Assembly (NCBI GenBank): GCA_046563655.1 | Contig: CM102290.1 | Span: forward strand, 10,044,001-10,108,000 | From: Yuukianura sp. NJ FZ-2021 | Lineage: Eukaryota | Direction: 5' to 3' | Length of the DNA stretch: 64,000 nucleotides | Part shown: positions 24,321-38,300 of the stretch, piece after piece | Numbering within the stretch: position 1 is the stretch's first letter | Layout of the letters: the number at the start of each line of letters is the position of its first letter | Position numbers and translations under genes: made by a program | Notes under the pieces: model-generated | What the model saw: only the letters and a program-made list of their open reading frames with translations | What the model was told of the DNA's origin: nothing | Database searches by the model: none

Positions 24321-26188
24321 ATGGTCATGTTTCCTCTGGTGATTATAGCAGCTTCCGTCGTCCTCAGTGCGTTGTCCTTCCTGGTCATCGCAGTCTACTT
24401 CTCAATCAAGGTAAAGGATTCGGTTTGTGTGACCTTTGACCTTGACATTTGAAGTTGACCTTGTTAGGTAACGTTGCAGAAGTTGGAGAAAGTCAAGGCA
24501 GTGGAGAAGGGGGGCGATGATCGATTTTCTGTTGGGATTCTGCATCCGTTTGCCGCTTATGGAAATCCCGAAGAACGAGTTCTCTGGGCCATTGTCACTG
24601 CAATTCAAAACAGGTGAGACAGGTCAAAGGTTAATTACTTAATTGATTAATTTTGAAAATGTTTAGGTACCCTCAGGTTCGAATTGTCGTTTACACGGGA
24701 GACATTGACACACCGCCAGAAAAAATCCTGTCACTTGCCCGCCTTCGACTACACCAAGCTCCACTGGCCGTAGAATTTATTTATCTGACACGCAGACGCT
24801 GGATTGAGGCTGGAAGCTACCCCAGATTTCCACGACTGGGGATCAACCTGGGAGCAATTCCAGTGGCCATTGAAGCTCTCTCCAAGTTTGTTCCAGGTAT
24901 AGTTAATATTCTAATACAATTCTACATTATAGAAAATACATCAAAATGTATATGAGCAACATAAATCACGTGTTGTTTGACCTCTTGACCTACAGACCTA
25001 TACTTGGATACCGTCGGACTACCTTTGACCTTTCCAATTTTTAAGTACTTTGGAGGATGTTCAGTTGCGGCATACTTGACTTCAGCGCCGGATGTCCTCT
25101 ACGCCTTTTCAAATCGACGCAACTACTCGCCTTTAGCACGCAACAAATACGTCTCCTTCATCCAGAAAATTACTTACTCCAAGGCTTATCGGTTCTGCTC
25201 TGGATGGGCGGCACAAGCGGCTGACATTGTAAGAACAACTAATTCAAGTTAACTTTAATTAATTACATTAATGTTAATTGAAGGTTATGGTCACATGACC
25301 TCATTGTCCCTCTAAGGTAATCGCCAACTCCACTTGGACTGAGAAGGTTGTGACGACACTGTGGGATGGGTCACAGGTAAATCTTTGTCATGTTTATCCA
25401 CCATGTCCAGTAGAAGCTCTCCGGGAACGTATTAAACGAGATGACGACGCTTCTGCGCAGAACGATTTTTCCATACTCCAAATATGTTCTCTCGCACAAT
25501 TCACGCCGCAAGCAGATCATCCACTTCAAATCCGGTCGTTGTTTCAGTTGCGCCAACTCCTTCGGGAAGACGAGTGGGACCGAGTGCAGTGAGTTGTAAC
25601 AAACTGCAAAAAATGAAATTGGAAAATGTAAAAACGTAAATGTACAATCTAGGCTCGTTTTTCTGGCGACTTGTAACACTTCACAAGAACTTGACAGGGT
25701 ACAAGACATGCAGGATCTGTCCAAACACCTCTCATTGGAACATAACGTTTCCTTCAAATTGAATCTCCCGTATGAGGATGTGATGGCAGAATTAGGGAAA
25801 AGTCTTATGGCTATCCACACGATGGCATTGGATCCATTCAGCATCGGTAACTAAGGGAATGAGTGATTAATTGACTAATGAGTGAAGCTTAATTAAGAAA
25901 TGGTGCTAATGTTTAGGAGTTGTGGAGTGTATGGCTGCTGGAGTTTTGACGGTGGCACACAACTCTGGCGGCACCTCGAAGGATATCACAGTGGACTTTT
26001 CTGGATGTCGCACTGCTTTCCTAGCGACGGATGAACTGGAATATGCTGAAGCTCTGAAGCACATCATCCAGATGCCGACTGAACGGAGAGCCATTATCAG
26101 AAGTCAAGCACAAAGAACGGTCGAGAGATTCTGTGAAGGACAATTTCGAAAACACTTCCTGGAGGCAGTGGAATTTCTTTTTAAATAA
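24321..26188 (+). CDS. ALG11: ALG11-like GT4 glycosyltransferase with divergent catalytic motifs. Exons 24321-24410, 24468-24613, 24667-24896, 24996-25228, 25317-25588, 25653-25846, 25917-26188
   Basis: N-terminal TM anchor (MVMFPLVIIAASVVLSALSFLVIAVYFSIK), then ERVLWAI, VVYTGD, RRRWIEAGSYPRF, DTVGLPLTFPIFKYFGGC, VIANSTWT, VYPPC and GVVECMAAG..VAHNSGG, matching ALG11. The frame is intact across 7 exons. Confidence 0.85.
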
Positions 26189-26334
26189 ATTAACTCAATC
26201 AATAATTAATAATAAATACAAGTATTATGACCTGGCGATATCGGTTTGAATCAATCTTTATTCTCATTCAATAAACTTGGTAAACCAGTAGGGTTTACCG
26301 GGTTCCGTTAAGTGTTCCTGTTTACTTGCTTTCC

Positions 26335-27090
<756 letters not shown>

Positions 27091-27211
27091 GCAGTACAGC
27101 AATTTTAACGTTCGATAATCGAACTTTGATTGTATCGGATCCGGTGAGTGAGACAACCGGTCAGATTAACCAAAGCCGCCGTCACCGAACCGATAGTTTC
27201 TCCAAGTTTTT

Positions 27212-28163
27212 GGTTGAGGTAAGCTTTAACGAGCGCCATTGTAGCCGCACAGTGTAGCCGCTAGCGGCCATCTTGAGTGGCTACAATGGGTGGCTCCGCT
27301 CGAGCGGCAACATTTGTAGCCTCCCGTGGAAAATTCTGTCTTGTAGCCACCGTATTGTAGCCGCACCTGCTAAATAATACTGGCAACACTGTTGAAGAAT
27401 TTAAGAAAACTTAACCTATAGACGCAATCAGTATTGCGAACTGTAAAAAACCTAACATACAGACGTAATCAGTATGGCGAACTTTAAAGAACCTAACTCC
27501 GCCGAAGGCGCGGAATTAGGTTCTTTAAAGGTCGCCAAAAGTTCTTTAAAGTTCTTTAAAGTTCGGGAAAAAATGACAAGATTTAGGATTTATTGAATTA
27601 AAAAGTAAAAGTTGCCAGTGTAATATTTTTTGCTGTTTCATTCAGAGAATTCACTTGTATTTTACCGCGCCAAAGGCGCGGCGTTAGGTTAGGTTAGTTC
27701 TGTACATTCGTGGTTTTCGTTTATGTTAATATACAGGAATCCACCAGTTTTAACAACTCGCTCTGATTGGCTTATTCCTCTATTCTCCTCCCACGGTTAC
27801 CGTAAAACTCCAAGGCGAAGAGTAAAAGTGAACTGTTAAGATTAAGTAAACAAGAGACAGATCAGCTGCTTACATTTTTCCCTCCACTCGTTGGAGTTTC
27901 GCGGTACAAGGGGAGGGAGAAAGAGCGGGAGCGTCGGTTGTTAAAACTGGTGGAGTCCTGTATCTCGATACCAAATTCTTCAACATTGTTGCCACCATTA
28001 TTTAGCATATGTGGCTACAATTTAGTGGCGACAAGGACAATTTTCTCACAAGCGGCTACAAATGTTGCCGCTCAAGCTTAGAAACCCATTGTAGCCACTC
28101 AAGATGGCTGCCGGCGGCTACACTGTGCGGCTACAATGGCGCTCGTTAAACCTTACCTTAACC
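27212..28163. mobile_element. Non-autonomous DNA transposon (MITE) with ~190-bp TIRs and an 8-bp target-site duplication
   Basis: 27212-27401 (GGTTGAGGTAAGCTTTAACGAGCGCCATTGTAGCCGCACAGTGTAGCCGC...) is an imperfect inverted copy of 27973-28163. AAGTTTTT flanks both ends (27204-27211 and 28164-28171). There is no transposase ORF. Confidence 0.85.
27734..27960. mobile_element. Nested 227-bp Tc1/mariner-type MITE with TA target-site duplication
   Basis: TA|CAGGAATCCACCAGTTTTAACAAC ... GTTGTTAAAACTGGTGGAGTCCTG|TA: 24-bp TIRs with one mismatch, and further weak internal symmetry. Confidence 0.8.
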
Positions 28164-29361
28164 AAGTTTTTGATTGGAGAAGTTTTTAACTATTTTGCAA
28201 TTTTGCCATTTTGTTATTTTGCAATTCATTTCATTCATTCAATTGCCATTAGGCCATTGTCTACAATTAAAAAGTTGAAATATTGCAGTTTTTCAATTTA
28301 CGGTTGGTTTTGTCTATCAAAAATTAATTAAAAAAATTAATTAATATGTTTATAATTGAGGATATAAGTAAAATATTTTGAGAAAAATATTAAATATTTT
28401 TTACTTTAGTATTTTGCAGATTTGAAATGCCATTACGCCAAAAAAGTACGGTTTTGCAGCCTGGTAATCTGGTAATTGCAAAATCCAATTTAAATGCACC
28501 AACAAAGAAAAGTTCAACACCAATCCACTGTATGTGATTGACTAATTAATTACAAGGTTAAAATTAGTACTGAATAGTAATTAAGAAAATTAACCAATTA
28601 ACTAGAGGTAATTATTTTTTCTAAAAAAGAAGGGCAAATTTGTGGGTTGAGCGACCCGAAACGATAACGCGCGGGTAATTTCAAATCGAAATTTTGTTTT
28701 TGTCTTTCATTTGTTGTTGTTTGTTTTCCTTTCAGTGTTTGCTATTGGTCCAACAAAAAAAAACCCTCTCGTCTGGAGAAAAAGCAAGTCGAAACTTCCA
28801 CTGAACGAATGGAGTGACTGGAAGGGAAGTGAGGCTCCTGGAATTGTGGTGTAAATTAGCAAGTGCCGGTTGATTAATCGATTAATTAGCAGTTGATAGT
28901 TGATAGAAGTAGAGTTACTTGAACTCTACAAGACGAGTACAAGTTGTAGTTAGTAGTTAGCATAATTGATCATCGTTCGTTCGCGTGAAGGAGGCGACGG
29001 TGAAATCGTTATTCACTACTAGTGATTGAATATCCATTTCAATTTCAACTAACTACATTCGATTCCGGTAAGTATGCAAATACATTACTATGCCATTTCT
29101 GGATCTTCAGGAGTCGATTACTTTTGCTAATACTTTATCACGCCGTTTGTGTGACGACGTTTTTATACGTCAATGTCACATTGAAAATGTGTCTGTGAAG
29201 TCCACAGTGTGAGCTGCAATGTGTGGAACATAGCGGGATACTGGATACTTGACGAATAGTAACAAGTTGTTAACAGCAAAAGCCTGGCATTCTAACTTTT
29301 GACTTTATGTTAGCTTTCATCTAGAGCTCATCATCATCGGTGGCAGGGTCCACGCTTCTCA

Positions 29362-32300
29362 ATGGACTGTGATGCGAATAACCATGACGGTATTGCCAGC
29401 GATTTCCATGGGTTGTTTCGGAGGTTCCATATCAAGAAGACTGAAAAGCGTAAAAAAGAGAAGTCATCGAAACGGAAGACGGGGAAGGCTGTGACTCGCT
29501 TAGCCGTAAGCTTGGTTGGAAATCTTACGGTTATAGACTTTGCTAATTGATTATTACATTCGTAAATTGTTAGACAAGGTTGTTGATGGACTAATTTATG
29601 CGTTTGCAGATTCAGGTGGAAGGAGCAGTGACTGAACCAAATGTACAAATATTGGGCAACGCGTCTCCCTTTGCGGTCTACGCAGCAATGAGATCTGTAA
29701 GTAGCAATGTGGCTTAGACTGACTGAAACCCTATTCAACTAAACTTTAAGCAACGATAACTATGCCATTCGTTTGTTACAGCATGTTCACGACTACAATT
29801 TTGTCGAGGCTTGCAAAAAGTTAATGCTAACTGAAGAGTGTGAGCCAACTAACGAAGAACCCACCGAAGACACCTCGCATATTCAACTTTCAAAGGTATG
29901 GGGTTATTATGATTATGATTATCGTATATTATGATTACATAACCAACTTTTGTTCTATACAATTAGGCAAATTCTTAATTCTTTATTTTTGATTTGCCAT
30001 TTTAGTTGGTGGGCTTCGGAATCGAAACTGTGTTCCAGCTGATCAGTGAAGGTCATCGAACGTATCCACATCTTTGTGTTAAAGCTCTCGAATCTCTTCT
30101 GAGCATGCTAGAAGGTCTGCATCCCCAAAGTCTCAAACACGAAAACCAAGCCGTTCTTGGTAAGTGGAGCCTATTCATTCATTGGTCATTGAATAACTGC
30201 ATCTCACTCATTCATTTTTAACGTCTAGATTCTCTTTTCAACGTCCTTCTGGAAATAGCTGATTGTACTAGTGCCTATGACGACGGTCCGAGTGTCAGTA
30301 ATGTTTCTCCAAAGTCTCGCGAATTATCAAAAGTAGCGACATCGTGCCTCATCAGGTTTGCTAATTATCTTTCACCTTCTGTTTGCATCAATTAACATTA
30401 CTCGTTGTACACTCATAGCCTTGCAATTGCTCGTGGAGACACCAAGCAGCTTCTCCAAACAGTCGTGGCTCTCATTCAATCAGATGAAACTTTTATCATT
30501 GACAAACTAAAGGTGAGTTTTAATTATTACGAGGTAATTAATTACATAAGTATAAATAATTACATTATTTGAAAAATTTCTTGATATTGGCAGAATCCAG
30601 ATATTCTGAAATCCCTCCAGCTGAGTATCCAGAGCCTACTCGTTGGTCGGCAAGTGCTTCCTGATTGGCTCAGTAACGGTATTCCACAAAATGCACACGT
30701 GGATTCGTTCAACGTCAAGCTACCTGATGGTAATTTCATTTGCACAAAACCAATACTTTTTTATATCTTCAAGTTAACTTGGAGCTGAATTATTTTTTCC
30801 AGAGCCAGCCTATACTCCAAGTGAAGAAAGGTGTCTCGCTTGTAACGGCGGATACCTCTACCTCCTTTCTGACAACAGTTTGTTCATGATCGGAACCGGC
30901 TCGTTTGGGACAACGCGTGGTGAAATGTACGACACAAAATTAAATTTTGGCTCTCAGGAAAAGCGGGCAAGAATTTGGGTTGGATGTGCCAATGTAAGTC
31001 ATTACTTTCGTTTTGCAATGATTGTGATTTTTCGAGGCTTTGGATTTGATAATTCCTTGTTTTGGAAACGCAGAGTAAGTTTTACTACCATGCTACCACC
31101 ACCTCCAAACTGGAAATGCGTGTTTACCTTGACGGTGGTCGATGGGAATTATTGGAAACTGTTACAATGGATACTCCGCATGAACTGGACGAAAGTGAAG
31201 ACAAAACACTGGATTTTTGTTACGATGGCTGGGACCGAGGAGCTGCTGTTCCTTACTTTTTCTTTACTGATGGAGATACGCTGGGCTATATCACTTGCAG
31301 GCCAAAGGTAATTTACTTGTTGACCTGTAAAGTGTAAATTAGGTACTGTAGTGTCACTACACTGTAGTGAATAATCCTTGTATTATGTTATGTTATTTTT
31401 TTTGATGGCTTAGGACGTCTATCTCGTTCGAACTCTACCGCCAGATTGTATTGACCCCACTGCCTTTACTCATGAACTGAAAATCCATCTAGTCAAACGA
31501 TCCATTCATGTCACTGGACCTGGAACAATGGACAATGGGACCACTGACCTGCGGCAAATCGAAACTGGATTTGACGACGGAGTAGTGGAAATTTCGGCTG
31601 GGAAGGATTTCTCTATTCTTCGAAATCAATCAGGCAGCGTAAGTCTTTCTTCTACACTTCTAAATTCCACACCAAATTAAAGTCGGGAAAGGTTTTACTC
31701 ACTGAATTTTTCTTAAATCTAAAAGTTTAGAAATTCTCAAACTTTAGATACATTGTTGTTTACAGTCTCTCTTGTCTTTTTTTTTGTTTAGTTACTTTAT
31801 TGTGGCAAAGGAGCAAGTTTGGGACAGAAGGGAAGTGGAGGGAAGAATGGAAAATGGCTGGAACTGAATTTGACAAAATCCACGAGATTCGTTCAAGCAG
31901 CGATTGGGCATGAAGGAATGCACTCGATACTGCTAGCGGAAGATGGAACTGCGTATTTTGTTGGAACACCGAAGAGAGGAGAGGATGGTGACATTGGTAA
32001 GAACTTACCCGAAAAGTTTCATTTTTTTAAAAGCGGTTTTGTTTTGTTTTGCTTATTTTTGAATTTTGATTTTGCTTTTTTTCTTTCTTTTTTCCTTGGG
32101 TGTCCCTCGTCACACCAGCGTCTTTTTTCTTAGGAAAAGCACGACGAGTGGCTAAAGCGTGTAAGCCGAAGAAAGTGAACCGAATGGACGGTCTTGAAAT
32201 TTCGTACGTAGCTTGCAACAATGGAACGTCTGCTTTTGTGACGAAGAGTGGTGAGCTGTACCTGTTCGGAAAAGATGCTTGTGCTCCGTACTGTGACTCC

Positions 32301-35300
32301 AGCGGATTGCTAACTGGATTACTGGGTCATTCAGTGTCACGAATTGCCCTGGGTAAAGCACATTCCGTCATCCTAACTACTGAAGGTGAAGTTTTCACAA
32401 TGGGTATGAACAACAAGGGACAATGTGGAAGGCCGAGACCATCGCAGAGAGAAGGTGAGTTTAGAGTCGACGATTTTGTAATTGGCGAAATTTTCGTGAA
32501 TTCGAGTTTTGAAAAGTTCTCTAAAATATATGTTTGTTTTCTGAAGATGATCCTGCAGATGATGACGATGAGTGGGAAGATGCAGCTCCCAGTGGTGGAG
32601 CACCTAGTGAAAACGAAGAGGGAGTGGCACAAGTTGACGATGGATTCTGTGTGGGCCAACACCGCTGGAAACATGACCAGTGCATGGTGTGTACCGTGTG
32701 TCGTGAATGTACTGGCTATGGAAGCGCGTGTATCTCTGCTCTTCGTCCGGACAGGAATCCAGGACAGTAAGCGAACCTTTTAATTCTTTTTTGTTCTTTT
32801 CGTTAAGAGTTTACACTTTTTGTTTTAATTTTAGAGAGTGCGGATGTGGAGTTGGAGATGCAGGATGTGAAGACTGTGGAATGTGTCGTCAGTGTGCGCG
32901 GGAAGGAGCTGAGGAACTGGAGTTGCTTGGCATGGAAGGTGCTCAGGGCGCGGGGGCTGATTTTCAAATGCCTGAAGCTTACGAGGGAAGGATGAATCGG
33001 GAAGATGGAGGCAAGTCCAAGGAGTATAAGTATTTTTACGTTAATTAATTGCTTTATATGTTATGTATATTGAGGATTTAATTACAATTGTAGAGGAAGG
33101 GAACAACGAAGAAGCAGTAGGAGGCGAAGTTCTTGTCAGGGAAGAAAAACTGTTGAGACGGAACGTAGCTGTTCGATTGAGCAGAGGTGAGACAGAATTT
33201 GACACTGATCGATGTACGTGACTTGATGTACCATATTTCTCTGCTCAATTTGGCATTGATTTTAAAACTGTTGATTTTAGCAGACAAGGAGAAAGTCCTA
33301 AGTGGCTCAACCGAAACAGATTCCAACATGGTCCCTTTTTCTACCCTTGTGAAGTTGGATACGGAATTTCTGGGCGGCCCAGTAGTTCAAATTGCAGCCG
33401 GATTATATCACACTGGTGATTTTTTTAAAACAATTACTGAATACTACGTTTTCGTAAGATTTTTAACAATTTATATTTTTTGTTGTTGTGGATTTAGTTT
33501 TGCTCACGTCTTCCGGAAGAGTGTTTGTGTTTGGAAGTAACAATATGGGTCAGTTAGGATTGGGAGATCGAGAGTCAAGATTTGAACCAGAGGAAGTGTA
33601 CTTTCGCACACAAATTGTTCAAATTGCTGCTGGGAGTAACCACACTGTTTGCCTCGATGTACTTGGAAATGTATATACGGCGGGATCAAATTCGGTAAAA
33701 CTCTTGGTTTTTTTTTGAAATTTTCAAACTGGACTTTGTCATTTTTTCACTTTTCGAAAATGAAGGTAAGGGGGGACCCTTCCCATCAAGAAAAAAAAAT
33801 TCACTTTTGTCCCAGACCCACTTAAAACTTATTTTCACACTATAAAACCATGTTTTAGCCAAAATTTTTTTTTTTTGAAATTTTCAAACTGGACCCAACA
33901 TTTTTGGGATCCAGAAAAAAAAATTTTTTTTGGACAACTTTTTCGAATTTTTTGCCCCCTGCATTTCACTTTTTTGGACATTTTAAGCCATTTCCAATTG
34001 TTTTCCGCAAAAACAAAATAATTTTGGTGGGAACGGTCCCCCCTTTGTATGTTTTTGGACTTTGTCATTTTTTCACTTTCAAAAAAACTCAGAAGAAAAA
34101 AGAATAGAAAATAGAAATATTTAATGTTTTTTTAAACAGCGACAACAGCTTGGCACGTCCAAACAAAACTATGAAACGGAGATGACGAAAATCAAAGGTT
34201 TTGGTGTCGTACGAGGTCGACGAGTGACTTGGATTGGTGCTTCGGGCGATTCTACTTTTCTAATTGTGGAAGCCAGTTTGATCAACAAAAATACACTTGC
34301 CAAGTGCTCCATTACTGCAACTAAAAAAGCCATTTGTAAGTTGTTGTTTTTTTTTCTTTTTTTGGTGAACATTTTTTTTTTTTGGTTGCTTTTTTCTTGA
34401 ATTGGAGTTTTGAAGTAGTCTTATGATAGTTATTAATGAATTTTTTTTTGTTTCTAGTGATCATTCCACCAGCCACGAAAAAAAGAAGCGCGAGTCCAAT
34501 TATAATCGACCGAAGAGATGGATGTTGTCATCAAATATTTTCAGTGAAGCAATGGAATATCACATCGAGCGTTGCAGTATTAGATCCAGTATTCCAGTTC
34601 TTGTGGACGTTCGAACCAGAATCTGGAAACTTGAAATGCTTGAACGTGGTTGCATCTGAAATAAGGGGCGGAGACAATCCCGCGAATGTAGCACTCCTCA
34701 AACCACCATATGCTCTGCCCATGTCAAAGGGCACGCCCATCAGTCGCTGGCATGTAAGAGAAGAAATGTTGCAATCGCTTACTTGTGCGGTTTCCTTTTT
34801 AGTCATTTTATGTCTTGAAAATTTTAGGCGGGAGCAAACTTGCTAACGTGTATCGATACCCTGATCTCGGCTCGTTGCCAAAATCTGTCAGTGAACATGA
34901 ACGAGCATGTGATACCACCAACGCGACTCAAGAATTTCACTAGAGATGACTATCTGTGTGTCACAAGATTCGACAGTAAGAGTTTCAAATTATATTCAAA
35001 TTTTTTTTAAAGATAATTTAGAATATATGCTTCCGCTTTCAGCCAATGGTGGTGGATGGGGCTACGCTAACAACTGCGCCGAAGCAATTCGTTTTTCTTG
35101 TGATGCTGATATTCTGTTGGGCGGTTATGGCTTGTATGGAGGGAGAGGGGAATACACTGCGAGTATAAAAGTAAGACAGGATTTCCAAAAACGTATTTTA
35201 AAACAACAACTTTTTTTTAAATTGTGTTTTATTGTTTTTGTAGCTGTTTGACATTGGGGTACTCGGTGGAGATTGGGAGACTGATGGAGAATTGTTGGCT

Positions 35301-38300
35301 CAATCAGATGACTTCGTTTATGATACACTGCCGCGTCATAAGTTTCGAGCAATGTTTGAGGACCCAATTCGACTTCAAGTACTAGATATTTTAAGTTTTT
35401 TTTAACGAAAAAGCCGCAATTTTTAATTTGATTTGGAATTTGAAATTAGGCTGGAAGATGGTATGTGGCTTGGGCCCTTATTTCTGGTCCTTCGAGTGAC
35501 TGCGGAGCCAATGGTCAAACGACCGTCAGAACGGATGACCAGTAAGTATTTCAAGATTAAATTTTAGAGTCTGTTTTTATTTTTATTTTCTTTACAAAGG
35601 TAAAAGTTGTAACATTTTTTTAACAGTGTCACATTCCTTTTCAAATCTTCCAAGAAGGCAACAAATGGAACTGATGTGAATGCGGGGCAGTTGCCACAAC
35701 TGCTGTATCGTACACTCCACACTGAACCAGGATCTCTGGACATAGAGATAGGAAACGCAGAACCCATTTCGGTGTTGACTCCTGATTTCGCCTCTGTCTT
35801 TACCCCGGTAAGTTTTTGAAATCTGTTTCTTTTGGTTTGTTGAATCTTTTTTTTATCATCACGGAAGGGAAATTTTATTTTCGCTAGAAATTCTTTAAAA
35901 AAAAAGTTTCTTTTCTATATCCGAAAAATTTTGGGTTCAGTTTGAAACTTTCAAAAAATTTTCTTCTTAACAAAGTAAAAAAAAAAGAATCAAACTAAAA
36001 AGTTTTGAACTGTTTTGTAAAGCATGAACTCTGTTTGTTTTACAAAATTGTAGGCATGCGTACAAATCCTAACTTCACTGTTCAATTGGTGCGAAACTGA
36101 GATTACCAAAGTTCTTCCCAAGAGGGCGGATCACAAGTTCGATATCCTTATTTACGTCTCCAGACTCTGTCTTCGTCTAGTCGACTTTAGTACAAAGCAA
36201 GCCTACCCCGTCAAAGGTAATTTTTTTTTTAAAAATAATTTGATGTTTTCAACAGTTTTTGCTATAACAAAATTAGGCGGGACGCGTTCTAGTCAGATGG
36301 ATAGTCTAGCGATGGCTGATGCTATTGGAGATGTCCGTGTCATGTTACAAAGAACCATCATGCTTGAGATTGGTAACGACGATATGAAAAGTTTACTTTA
36401 GATTATATTAACTTAACTAAATGTTACGCCATCTATTAACTGCCAATGCCATAGCCAATTTTTCACAACCTAACTACGTTGTTTGGTTTTTTCTTTCTAT
36501 TCTGAAGAACCATCGGATGTCGAGTTCTCTGACGTGTGCGACATCATGCAGCAGGCCTGCACTACTTACACAGACTGTTTTGGTATTTTTTATCCTACGT
36601 CAACTCTCAAATGGGAATGCGTAAAGAGTGTCATCAGTTTGGTCAAAACTAAGGTAATGTACAATTTATTACTTTTTTTCCCCAAAATTTTAGAATTGGC
36701 GTGCTTTTTTTTTACTCGAAAAATTATTCTTGTTCGTTTTAGGGATTAACGTACCTCAGACTCTTTATTTGCTGCATCTCTGCATTGTGCGGGTGTCGTG
36801 GGCAGCTACTTTCAATTTTTCCTATTCTCAGAAACCACTCTTCTCCGGAGCTTAGCCGTGATACAAACGTAAGTGTTTAAAGAAGAACTTCTGTTCAATT
36901 AATTTTTAACAAACATTTTTATTGTTGATGCAATGCTTTTAGTTTGCTTTTATAACGAACACGGATGGGGGTGGAAAAGTGAAACCGAACAATCGGATGC
37001 TAGTAAGTCAGATGACGAGCAGATTCGAGAGCGACGATTTGTTTGTGCGAGTGGAATCCGATTTTTGGGAAACCGTTCGATTCATACTGGAGACTGTGGA
37101 TTCGGCGCAGACCAGTTACTATGGACCACTCGTTGCTCGCCCAACGTCTGTACTGCTGGGAACGCTCATTGAAGAACTTGTAGCCCATGCCTGTGGAACT
37201 TATGTAAGCCAATGGTCCAAATCTTAGCCAACATAATGTTTACACTATTGTTTTGCAAGTTAAATACCCAAGTTTTATTTTTCAGAGCGACATTGAGAAT
37301 GTAGTCGGGAGCATGATTGTCATGTCTCCCTGTCGATTCGCAAGGACAAATCAGAGTCGGACTTGGAACACGGGCATGGGATCAGCTGATGCTGTTGGAT
37401 TCGTTGTGGACCAGGAAGGGGTGTCCATCTTTGGTGCTTGCATCTACATTGGTGTAGGAAGTTACAACTACATTCTGGAGCTTCTCCAAGAAGTAATTTT
37501 CCATTTTGATTAATTCTTCTGTTGGTTTGAATATTATTTCTTTTTTATATCTGTTTATTTGTGCATGTAACATTGTTTACTTTTCTGAAAATTTGCAGGT
37601 CGAAGACAAGGACCTTCCAGATCGCACTGGATACAAGTGGGTAACTCTGTCGTCGGTGTCTGGTTCTTTCGAATCAGAGGATTGCGTTGGTGATATCGCA
37701 GAACTGCGTCTGCCTAGACCAGTTCACATTCAAGCTGGAGTGAAGTATGCCTTTCGTTTGGCAAATCATGGTGGAAGAACGTGTAACGGCGACGGTGGGG
37801 TATCAGTTTTGCGTTGCACTGATGGCACTACCTTCACTTTCAGTGCTTGTCCTCTTAGTCTCAACGGAACCAACCAAATTCGAGGCCAATTACCATACAT
37901 TCTCTACTTCAGGTGAACTGAAAAAATTTTAAGACTGTTTTTGCGAATTTTTAAATTAAAAAAATTGATGATTTTTTTTAGAAACCCGAACAGTGGGGAC
38001 GGGCGATTGAAAACCAAAGTGATTGCTGAGATGGATGCGAGACACTGTTGTCTCAGACTCTGCGAAGACATTTTGAAGTGGTCCAATGAGCGATTGAAAT
38101 CCTATGCAAAGCAGATGAGGAATAACGGGTCTAGTCCGTCGCCAACAGAGGAACTTGTCCAGCATTTTGATCCGGAAAATCCTGGATTCATTTCTACCCT
38201 CCTCCCAGAAATCAGTTGTCACCTACAGAAATTGGCAGCATCGGACCCTAGAGTAAGTTTTTGCGGATGAGGTCAGGGGCGGATGTTTACAAGTTTATTG

